From Caproiciproducens sp. (GTDB taxonomy: Bacteria; Bacillota; Clostridia; Oscillospirales; Acutalibacteraceae): a stretch of 42,621 bases of DNA. Shown here piece after piece: positions 1 through 7,465 of this stretch. The translations under genes were made by a program, and so were the position numbers. Every line of letters starts with the position of its first letter. Position 1 is the first letter of the stretch. The stretch is from contig DAMDEB010000005.1 of NCBI GenBank assembly GCA_032090075.1, positions 1-42,621 on the forward strand, in the 5' to 3' direction. The notes under the pieces were generated by a model that worked only from the letters and a program-made list of their open reading frames with translations, was not told where the DNA came from and did no database searches.

Positions 1-46
1 AAAGTCCGTTCGCCATCCTTTTGCAAGGATACTCTGGACGATTTTG
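1..46 (+). terminator. Probable terminator hairpin of an upstream gene
   Basis: aaagtccgttc...ggacggatttt imperfect inverted repeat ending in a T-run. Confidence 0.35.
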
Positions 47-80
47 GGGATGTAGTGGAACAAATAATGTTTCGTTGCTT

Positions 81-106
81 TAATATGTCTTGTAGATGTC
101 ATATTA
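81..106. promoter_or_regulatory. Putative YafY/WYL regulator operator upstream of its own gene
   Basis: taatatgtct-N6-tgtcatatta imperfect palindrome, resembling the site at 1031-1051; TATAAT at 113-118. Confidence 0.45.
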
Positions 107-139
107 TCATCTTATAATAAAAGCAGTAGAGGTGATAAT

Positions 140-1033
140 ATGCAGATTAACAGGCTATTCGAAATGGTTTATCTATTGCTGAACAAAAAAAGTATGACCG
201 CCGGGGAGCTCGCAACACACTTTGAGGTTTCACCCCGCACGATTTACCGGGATGTAGAGCTTCTATCCTCGGCGGGAATACCCATTTATATGACCAAGGG
301 CAAGGGTGGTGGAATTTCACTGCTCCCTGACTTCGTTCTCAATAAAACTGTCCTGACCGATGGCGAAAAGTCAGATATTCTCGCTGCACTTCACGCAGTA
401 GATGCGGTCAACTTGGAGCAAACCAATACTGCGGTGCAAAAGCTGTCCTCCCTATTTGGAAACACCAGCGCCGATTGGGTTGAAGTTGATTTCTCCGGCT
501 GGGCAAACGCCGATGAGGAAGCGCAGCTGTTCAGCCTGCTGAAAAGCGCCATTCTCGGAAAGAAAAAAGTGGCGTTTCAGTATCACAGCAGTGAGGGCAG
601 CACGCAGCGCACAGCAGAACCCATGAAACTCTGCTTTAAGGGACAGAGCTGGTATCTTTATGCTTTCTGCACAGTGCGTCAAGATTATCGGTTTTTCAAA
701 CTGCGGCGCATGAAAGAATTGAAGCTGCTTGACGAGCGCTTTGAACGCACTGCCTCCGCGAAGATATTTGAAGGCACAAAAATATTTCAAGATGATTTCG
801 TGACAATCACACTGAAGCTGTCAAAGAAAATGGCGTATCGTGTCTATGATGAATTTTCACAATACAAAACGCTTCCCAGCGGTGATTTCATTGCGACGCT
901 CACCATGCCCAGAGGCGATTGGGTCTATCAATATCTTGCGACCTTTGGTGAGGATTGTGAGATCATAGAACCGGAGGATATCCGCCTGCAAATCAAGGAT
1001 AAGCTGCAAAAAACACTGGCACAATATTTATAA
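140..1033 (+). CDS. YafY-family HTH-WYL domain transcriptional regulator
   Basis: N-terminal wHTH (ELATHFEVSPRTIYRD), KGKGGG linker, SWYLYAFC and RFFKLRRM WYL motifs; RBS gaggtg. Confidence 0.93.
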   Translation: MQINRLFEMVYLLLNKKSMTAGELATHFEVSPRTIYRDVELLSSAGIPIYMTKGKGGGISLLPDFVLNKTVLTDGEKSDILAALHAVDAVNLEQTNTAVQKLSSLFGNTSADWVEVDFSGWANADEEAQLFSLLKSAILGKKKVAFQYHSSEGSTQRTAEPMKLCFKGQSWYLYAFCTVRQDYRFFKLRRMKELKLLDERFERTASAKIFEGTKIFQDDFVTITLKLSKKMAYRVYDEFSQYKTLPSGDFIATLTMPRGDWVYQYLATFGEDCEIIEPEDIRLQIKDKLQKTLAQYL

Positions 1034-1069
1034 TATGACACGCTGCTGTCAATTGGTCTTTGCTATGAT
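1031..1069 (+). promoter_or_regulatory. Putative WYL-regulator operator and promoter for the gyrI-VOC-PNPOx genes
   Basis: TGACA-N6-TGTCA at 1036-1051 followed by TATGAT at 1064-1069. Confidence 0.55.
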
Positions 1070-1099
1070 GATAGTATCAAAGACAAGGAGGACGATCAA

Positions 1100-1540
1100 A
1101 TGAACTACGAAGTTGTGCATTTAGAGGAAAAGATTATTGTTGGGGTAAGTGCTGCGACCAGCAACAGCGACCCTGAAATGGGGAAAATCATTGGCGGGCT
1201 TTGGGAGAAGTTATACCAAGGCGGCATCAATGCCGTGATAAAAAACAAGGTAAACGAGTACGCCATTGGGCTGTATTCCGATTATACGGCCGATGGGTAC
1301 TGTGTAACAGCGGGTAATGAGGTTTCCAAGGCAGAAAATCCTGAACTGACCGTAAAAACAATCCCTGCCGGAAAATACGCAAAATTCTCTGTGCATGGGC
1401 ATATGGAAAAGGCCGTCTCTGACTCATGGGGAGAGATTTGGCAGACGGATTTAGACCGCAGCTTTACAGGCGATTTCGAGGAATACCGAAATGCCGACCC
1501 GGAAAACTGTGATATTGATATCTACATTGCTCTGAAGTAA
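1100..1540 (+). CDS. GyrI-like small-molecule/effector-binding protein
   Basis: IPAGKYAKF, W.EIW, RSFTGDFEEY and IDIYIA motifs; RBS aaggagg. Confidence 0.88.
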   Translation: MNYEVVHLEEKIIVGVSAATSNSDPEMGKIIGGLWEKLYQGGINAVIKNKVNEYAIGLYSDYTADGYCVTAGNEVSKAENPELTVKTIPAGKYAKFSVHGHMEKAVSDSWGEIWQTDLDRSFTGDFEEYRNADPENCDIDIYIALK

Positions 1541-1553
1541 GGGGGGGAAACGT

Positions 1554-1943
1554 ATGAAATTAGAAGGCTTCGGAATTTTCGTGAAAGATATGCCGACTAT
1601 GGTGCGTTTTTACCGTGATGTTCTTGGGTTTGAAATCAAGGAGGAAGAAGATTCCAGCAATGTCTATCTGGTGAAAGATGGCACTTTGTTTTTACTTTAT
1701 CGCAGAACAGATTTTGAGCAGATGGCAAAAAGGTCGTTTTCTTATGCGAATGGCATCCATGGCCATTATGAAATTGCGATGGGTGTAGAAAACTATGCCG
1801 CAGTAGATGATACCTTTAAGCGGGTTGTGTCAAACGGTGCCGTGCCGGTCTTAGAACCTACAACAGAGCCGTGGGGACAGCGGACTTGCTATGTTGCAGA
1901 TCCAGAGGGCAACTTAATTGAAATTGGTTCCTTTACCAAATAA
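1554..1943 (+). CDS. VOC/glyoxalase family protein
   Basis: FYRDVLGF and PWGQRTCYVADPEGNLIEI motifs. Confidence 0.92.
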   Translation: MKLEGFGIFVKDMPTMVRFYRDVLGFEIKEEEDSSNVYLVKDGTLFLLYRRTDFEQMAKRSFSYANGIHGHYEIAMGVENYAAVDDTFKRVVSNGAVPVLEPTTEPWGQRTCYVADPEGNLIEIGSFTK

Positions 1944-1991
1944 GCAGCTACACAATTGCCTATGCCTAAAAAGAAGGAGACGAAATAACAA

Positions 1992-2411
1992 ATGGATTAT
2001 AGAAAAGAATTTGAGCGCATGATGCAAACACAAACAGCCATGGCGCTGGCTACAGCGGCAGACGGAGCGCCCAATGTACGCATCGTCAATTTTTATTATG
2101 ATGCAGAGACGAAAGCCCTGTATTTCTCCACCTTTAGCGACAACCAAAAGGTTGCGGAGTTTGAGAAAAATCCTCATGCTGCATTCACAACGATTCCGGA
2201 AAGTGGAGAAGAACACGTTCGGGTCAGGAATGGGATTGTTCGGAAAAGCTCTGTTTCGGTGGAAGCCATCAAGGATCAGTTTCTATTGAAGCTGCCGGAA
2301 TACATTATGAGCATCCCTGATGTACTTCCTGCGCTTATCCTGTTCGAAATCACCTTTGACCAAGCGGATGTGGTCATTGACTTTGAACACATGGAAACGA
2401 TTGCGGTATAG
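1992..2411 (+). CDS. Pyridoxamine 5'-phosphate oxidase (split-barrel flavin-binding) family protein
   Basis: MALAT, PNVRIVNF, LYFST and K..E..KNP motifs; RBS aaggag. Confidence 0.85.
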   Translation: MDYRKEFERMMQTQTAMALATAADGAPNVRIVNFYYDAETKALYFSTFSDNQKVAEFEKNPHAAFTTIPESGEEHVRVRNGIVRKSSVSVEAIKDQFLLKLPEYIMSIPDVLPALILFEITFDQADVVIDFEHMETIAV

Positions 2412-2451
2412 TCTGAAACCCCTGTCGGCAGCGAGTTGCAACTATTCTCCA

Positions 2452-2494
2452 AGGCGCACTGTGAATGAACCCACGGTGTGCCTTTTTTATTTCC
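2452..2494 (+). terminator. Intrinsic terminator, copy 1 of a repeated module
   Basis: aggcgcactgtg/cacggtgtgcct stem followed by a T-tract. Confidence 0.75.
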
Positions 2495-2520
2495 CCCAAA
2501 AGACGTTTGCAGCAGCAAAA

Positions 2521-2555
2521 CAAGGAGGGCGGCAGAACCGCTCTCCTTGCTTTTT
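2521..2555. terminator. Hairpin, probable terminator of the small minus-strand gene
   Basis: caaggagggcgg/ccgctctccttg stem flanked by A- and T-runs. Confidence 0.6.
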
Positions 2556-2569
2556 GTAAACGGGCTATG

Positions 2570-2737
2570 CTATTTATCGTTGCCGTCGGGCTCTGAATCT
2601 CTTTTGAGTTCCACAATAACGCCGTCATCACCGGAGATAAAAAGCTCCTCCGTCTTTTGCTGCGCACGCTGAAGCAGCGAGATGGCATCCGTCACATCGT
2701 TAAACAGCGAATCATACATTTTTTTGTAATCTGCCAC
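2570..2737 (-). CDS. Small 55-aa helical hypothetical protein (MADYKKMYDSLFNDVTDAI...)
   Basis: GTG start with strong RBS aaggagg; TTGACA on the minus strand at 2812-2807; downstream hairpin. Confidence 0.65.
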   Translation of the reverse strand: MADYKKMYDSLFNDVTDAISLLQRAQQKTEELFISGDDGVIVELKRDSEPDGNDK

Positions 2738-2874
2738 ACAATAGACCTCCTTTTCCTTATTTCGGCGGCCACCGTTGTGTGGTATTGAAGCTCTGACCGG
2801 ACGGATTGTCAAGTCGTTTCTGAAGTTTTCTAAATGTTAGCACCCTGTCAGAAATCCGTTCAGACAGATATGCA

Positions 2875-2916
2875 GGCACACCGCATTTTATTGCATGGTG
2901 TGCCTTTTTTATTTCC
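2875..2916 (+). terminator. Intrinsic terminator, copy 2 of the repeated module, directly before trbL
   Basis: aggcacacc/ggtgtgcct stem followed by a T-tract; 2897-2916 is identical to 2475-2494. Confidence 0.75.
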
Positions 2917-2937
2917 ACAGAAAGGGGTGAGAATCCA

Positions 2938-3843
2938 ATGTTCATATGGGACTTTGTCCTTGGAACCGTGATGGATCAGATCATCGAATGGCTCTACGGA
3001 CAGGTGGTCGGTTTTCTGGCCGATTTTTTTGCACAGATGGGAAATATGGGCGTGGAGCTGTTCGAAATGAGCTGGGTGCAGTCCATCGTCCTGTTTTTTT
3101 CCTATCTGGCTTGGGCGCTGTATGGAACCGGGCTGGTGGTGTCGGCGTTTGAAACCGGCATCGAGTACCAGCACGGCCGGGGCAGCATCAAGGACACCGC
3201 CTTAAACGCCATTAAGGGCTTTATGGCGGTGTCCCTTTTTACCATCGTGCCGGTGGAGCTGTTCAAGCTCTCGGTCAATCTCCAGAGCAGCCTCACGGCG
3301 GGGATCACCGGCTATGGAACCAGCTTTGGCGACCTTGCCGGGAACATCATTTCCGAGCTTGGCAGCTCACCGGATATGGTTGGCGCCATGGGCTCCGGCG
3401 TGTTCGGAGGGCTGGCTGTCATTACAAGCCCCATCCTGCTGCTCTTTATGATCATCATGATGGGGTACGCGGTCATTAAGGTGTTCTTTGCCAACCTGAA
3501 GCGCGGCGGCATCCTGCTCATACAGATTGCCGTGGGCAGCCTGTATATGTTTTCCGTTCCCCGCGGCTACATCGACGGTTTTACACAGTGGTGCAAGCAG
3601 ATCATCGGTCTGTGCCTCACCACATTTTTGCAGGCAACCATCCTTGCGGCGGGGCTTATGGTGCTGCGAACCCACGCTCTGCTGGGGCTTGGTCTGATGC
3701 TGGCCGCAGGAGAAGTACCGCGAATTGCCGGAGCCTTCGGGCTGGATACCAGTACAAAGGCCAACGTGATGAGCGCCGTGTATACCGCACAGGCTGCCGT
3801 CAACACCACCCGCACCATCGTACAGGCGGTAGCGCCGAAATAA
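2938..3843 (+). CDS. Conjugal transfer membrane protein, TrbL/VirB6-like (DUF6045-type)
   Basis: Multiple hydrophobic segments, WCKQIIGLCLTTFLQ motif, position at the head of the T4SS genes. Confidence 0.8.
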   Translation: MFIWDFVLGTVMDQIIEWLYGQVVGFLADFFAQMGNMGVELFEMSWVQSIVLFFSYLAWALYGTGLVVSAFETGIEYQHGRGSIKDTALNAIKGFMAVSLFTIVPVELFKLSVNLQSSLTAGITGYGTSFGDLAGNIISELGSSPDMVGAMGSGVFGGLAVITSPILLLFMIIMMGYAVIKVFFANLKRGGILLIQIAVGSLYMFSVPRGYIDGFTQWCKQIIGLCLTTFLQATILAAGLMVLRTHALLGLGLMLAAGEVPRIAGAFGLDTSTKANVMSAVYTAQAAVNTTRTIVQAVAPK

Positions 3844-3862
3844 GCACAGAAAGGAAAAGCCT

Positions 3863-4246
3863 ATGAAATTAATCTATGTGGCGTCCCCTTATGCCGGGGA
3901 CATCGAACAGAACACCGCATTTGCCAGGAAAGCGTGCCGCCATGTGATGAACGAGGGGCACGCTTTTTTTGCGCCCCATCTGTTATATCCGCAGCTCCTT
4001 GATGATTCCAATCCGCAGGAGCGTCAGGCGGGTCTGGATATGGGACTTGCCATGCTGCCCCGCTGTGACGAGTTGTGGTGCTACGGCGACCGCATCTCCT
4101 ATGGAATGCACCTTGAAATCGAGGAAGCGGTCAGAATCGGAATCCCGGTTCGCCGGGTGATGGAACAGGAAAACGGCTTTGCCATCGGCAGAGCCAAAGG
4201 CACCGAACCGGCCGAAGCTCCCCAGCAGGCGATGAGGATGGCCTGA
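3863..4246 (+). CDS. DUF4406-like (nucleoside deoxyribosyltransferase-like fold) protein
   Basis: IYVASPYAG, APHLLYP, CDELW and S.GM..EI motifs. Confidence 0.75.
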   Translation: MKLIYVASPYAGDIEQNTAFARKACRHVMNEGHAFFAPHLLYPQLLDDSNPQERQAGLDMGLAMLPRCDELWCYGDRISYGMHLEIEEAVRIGIPVRRVMEQENGFAIGRAKGTEPAEAPQQAMRMA

Positions 4247-6642
4247 TGATGACGATGGGGAGCCTCTTCGATGGGATCGGAGGTTTTCCATTGGCGGCTA
4301 TCCGCAACGGTATCACTCCCGTATGGGCCAGTGAAATCGAAGCCTTTCCCATTGAAGTGACGAAAATCCGATTCCCCGAAATGCTCCATGTCGGGGATAT
4401 TACAAAGCTGGACGGAGCGAAATTGCCGCCTGTGGACGTCATTTGCGGCGGCAGCCCGTGTCAAGATTTATCGGTCGCTGGCCAGCGCCGGGGCTTGGCG
4501 GGTGAGCGTTCCGGCCTGTTTATGGAGCAGACACGCATTGCGAAGGAGATGAGAAAATCCGATGAGCAACGAAACGTACCAGCTCACCTTGTTCGACCTC
4601 GATACCTCGTTTGGGAGAATGTCCCCGGAGCCTTCAGCTCCGCAGAGGGGGAGGACTTCCGGGCGGTCATTGAGGAGATCGTCCGCATTAAGTACAGTGC
4701 CTGTGATGTGCCTCGACCTGAGTCCGGGCGCTGGGAATCTGCTGGGGCTGTCCTTTTGGGAAATGAATTCAGCCTGGCTTGGAGAGTCATGGACGCTCAA
4801 TTCTGGGGAGTCGCCCAGCGCCGCCGTCGCATCTTCCTTGTCGCAGATTTTGGAGGCACGACCGCACCCGAAATACTATTTAAGCAAGACAGCCTGTTTG
4901 GGGATATTGCGCAGAGCGGAGGCCCGCGGCAAGGAGCTGCCGCCCCAGCTCAGGGACGCACTGATGATACAGGCGGGGCTTGCCTGACCCCATGGGATGT
5001 ACAGAGCCGCCGCATTTTTGAAGAAACCGGAACATGGCCCGCCCTCTATAGTGGTGAAGGCGGTGGGCACGGATATATTCAGACAGAAGAAAGAATACCC
5101 ATTGCTTTCGCCGCCAACCAACGTGATGAAGTGCGGGATTTGCACGATATTGCAGGGGCAGTACAGGCTCAGCCGGGGATGAAACAGCAGACCTTTGTGG
5201 CAGAACCGCTGTTGTGCTTAAACGATCAGGGCGGCGAACGGATGGATGTCACCGAGGATGTGGCGTCCACGCTGCGCGCCGGTATGGGCGGGCATCCTCC
5301 CCTTGTATCTCAGCCAAACTGTCTGAACGGCTGGGATACCCAGCAAAGCCGTGTGTTCACGCCGGAGGGTGTGGCGCCGACTCTTGCCGGTGCGGACGGC
5401 GGCGGGGGAAGAAACCCGGCAGGGCTTCTGTTTGCGGCAGGCGTTGTCAGCAAGGGTGACGGCGACTGCTTTCTCTCACCGGAGGTACACACCTCTATTA
5501 CCGGCGGCGGTGGGCAGGCCGGACAGGGCTATCCCTGTGTGCTTACCGCGGGCTTCTGCGGAAATGCCAGCGCCGATGCGAGAGGAATCGGCTATCAGGC
5601 GGAGTGCTCACCCACCATTAAAACCGGCACGGCCCCATCGGTACTGTGCCTCAACGATCAGGGCGGCAGTCAGATGCACTGTACCGAGGATATCACCGGC
5701 ACCCTCCGCGCACAGGAGCATGGACACCAGCCGCTGGTGTTTGACAACCACGCACAAGATTCCCGCTTTACCGGACCGGTGGATGTGTCGCAGACAGTAT
5801 CCGCAGGCTTCGGGCAGGGCGGGAACAATCAGCCGCTGGTCATGGCGACCCAGCAGGGCGGCGCTGAAATTGGCGAGGGCATCTGCCCGACCATTACGGC
5901 AAGTGCCGGGATGAGTGGCAATAATCAGCCGGTATTATTTGAAAATCACGGCATTGACAGCCGCTACACCGGCCCCCATGCAGTAGCGCCCACCATGTCC
6001 GCCCGGATGGGAACAGGCGGCAATAATGTTCCGCTGGTGGGCAGTGCCGTTGCCTTTTCGCTGGATTCCAAGGAATCCAACAGCATGAAATCAGCAAATC
6101 CCCATTCGGGATGCCGGGAAACGGAGGTTGCCAGAACCATTGACACAACCAGCCCCGATCCCAGCAAGAACCAAGGCGGCATTGCTATTTTGCAGGAAAC
6201 CATCTGCATTGCCGGAAACACCATCGACCGGGAGCCGGAAAACGGCGGCAACGGCCTCGGCTGTCAGCCGGACATCAGCTACACCATTACAACCAGCGAC
6301 CGGCACGCAGTGTGTGAGCCATACCAAGAGGTGGTGGGCGCGCTTTGCCGTGGAGATGAGAAAGGCATCGGCAGCCAGTATGTCAGTCAGAACAAATGCA
6401 TTGTGGAAAGGCGCAACCTCATCCGCAGGCTTACCCCTCTGGAATGTGAACGGCTCCAAGGTTTTCCCGATGGCTGGACGCTAATTCCGGGGGCATCTGA
6501 CAGCGCCCGGTATAAAGCTCTTGGAAATAGTGTGGCGATACCCTGCGTGGACTTTGTCCTCCGAGGCATCGCTTATTTTTTACGAAAAATCTATGAGGAA
6601 CAGGAGGGATCACCCCGATGTACATCTACCCCGACAACTTAA
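4246..6642 (+). CDS. DNA (cytosine-5) methyltransferase with a very long repetitive variable region
   Basis: Motif I FDGIGG, IV GSPCQ, VI WENV, VIII QRRRR, IX RRLTPLECERLQGFP, X GNSV. Confidence 0.93.
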   Translation: MMTMGSLFDGIGGFPLAAIRNGITPVWASEIEAFPIEVTKIRFPEMLHVGDITKLDGAKLPPVDVICGGSPCQDLSVAGQRRGLAGERSGLFMEQTRIAKEMRKSDEQRNVPAHLVRPRYLVWENVPGAFSSAEGEDFRAVIEEIVRIKYSACDVPRPESGRWESAGAVLLGNEFSLAWRVMDAQFWGVAQRRRRIFLVADFGGTTAPEILFKQDSLFGDIAQSGGPRQGAAAPAQGRTDDTGGACLTPWDVQSRRIFEETGTWPALYSGEGGGHGYIQTEERIPIAFAANQRDEVRDLHDIAGAVQAQPGMKQQTFVAEPLLCLNDQGGERMDVTEDVASTLRAGMGGHPPLVSQPNCLNGWDTQQSRVFTPEGVAPTLAGADGGGGRNPAGLLFAAGVVSKGDGDCFLSPEVHTSITGGGGQAGQGYPCVLTAGFCGNASADARGIGYQAECSPTIKTGTAPSVLCLNDQGGSQMHCTEDITGTLRAQEHGHQPLVFDNHAQDSRFTGPVDVSQTVSAGFGQGGNNQPLVMATQQGGAEIGEGICPTITASAGMSGNNQPVLFENHGIDSRYTGPHAVAPTMSARMGTGGNNVPLVGSAVAFSLDSKESNSMKSANPHSGCRETEVARTIDTTSPDPSKNQGGIAILQETICIAGNTIDREPENGGNGLGCQPDISYTITTSDRHAVCEPYQEVVGALCRGDEKGIGSQYVSQNKCIVERRNLIRRLTPLECERLQGFPDGWTLIPGASDSARYKALGNSVAIPCVDFVLRGIAYFLRKIYEEQEGSPRCTSTPTT
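4562..4987 (+). CDS. Nested +1-frame ORF, putative beta-type subunit of the C5 methyltransferase
   Basis: 141-aa open frame inside the MTase with SSLSQILE...KYYLS...GILRRAEARGKELP; aaggag about 13 nt upstream of the ATG. Confidence 0.6.
   Translation: MSNETYQLTLFDLDTSFGRMSPEPSAPQRGRTSGRSLRRSSALSTVPVMCLDLSPGAGNLLGLSFWEMNSAWLGESWTLNSGESPSAAVASSLSQILEARPHPKYYLSKTACLGILRRAEARGKELPPQLRDALMIQAGLA
4981..6410 (+). repeat. About 13 tandem degenerate 32-50 aa TRD-like modules in the MTase variable region
   Basis: LCLNDQGG..M...ED...TLRA...GH.PLV occurs twice; F(D/E)NH..DSR.TGP..V..T.SA..G.GGNN.PLV occurs twice; most units contain a T-[L/I/V/M] dipeptide. Confidence 0.7.
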
Positions 6643-6875
6643 AATCAAAGGCGACCCTGTGGCTGTGGGATCTGCGGGACATCGGAATCATCGGCATCGA
6701 ATGCCTGATTTCTGTCTTTGCCCTCTCCCGGCTGGGCTGGCTGCCGCCCATTGTTCTGACGGCGGTCTATGCCTTTTTATCCATCCGCTTCGAGGATGTG
6801 AGCATCCTTGACTTTATCCGCTACGCCGTCGCTTTCTTCTTTGGCAAGCAGCAGACCTACGAATGGAGGGGATGA
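6618..6875 (+). CDS. Small two-TM conjugation protein (PrgI/VirB3-like by position)
   Basis: Two hydrophobic segments; RBS ggaggg; two genes upstream of virB4. Confidence 0.65.
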   Translation: MYIYPDNLKSKATLWLWDLRDIGIIGIECLISVFALSRLGWLPPIVLTAVYAFLSIRFEDVSILDFIRYAVAFFFGKQQTYEWRG

Positions 6876-7465
6876 ATATGAACAGAAAAAAGAAACAGGA
6901 GGCCAGAGAAAAAGCCTCCACCCGCCAGCTCATGGGCATTGATGGCATCACCGCCCACAGCCTTGTAACGCCCCACGGTGAGCTGGTGTTTTTTATGATT
7001 AAACCGACCAATATCAGTGTTTTGTCTGAGAGCAGCGTGGGGGCAAGAATCTACGCTCTTATGAATGTTCTCAAGGGCATTGCTGAAATTGAAATGCTGT
7101 GCCTGAACAGCCGGGAAAACTTCGAGGACAATAAGAGTTATCTCAAAGCAAGAATGGATGCCGAGCAGAATCCTGTCATCCGAAAACTGCTGGCACAGGA
7201 TCAGACCGCCCTTGACCGTATGCAGGTGCAGATGGCAACGGCAAGGGAATTTCTAATCATCATCCGGCTGAGAAATGAAAAGGAACGCGATGTTCAGCCC
7301 TACCTCTCCCGCATCGAAAAGAGCCTTAAGGATCAGGGCTTCACGGTGCGCAAGGCGGGTGAATCGGACATCAAGCGCCTGCTGGGTGTCTATTATGAGC
7401 AGAATGTCACAACGGAACAATACGAGGATTATGACGGAGAAAGGTGGGTGATTTTCGGTGAGTAA
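6872..7465 (+). CDS. Conjugation-associated hypothetical protein upstream of VirB4 (start 6872 or 6878)
   Basis: ATGA overlap with the previous stop; overlaps the virB4 start. Confidence 0.75.
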   Translation: MNMNRKKKQEAREKASTRQLMGIDGITAHSLVTPHGELVFFMIKPTNISVLSESSVGARIYALMNVLKGIAEIEMLCLNSRENFEDNKSYLKARMDAEQNPVIRKLLAQDQTALDRMQVQMATAREFLIIIRLRNEKERDVQPYLSRIEKSLKDQGFTVRKAGESDIKRLLGVYYEQNVTTEQYEDYDGERWVIFGE

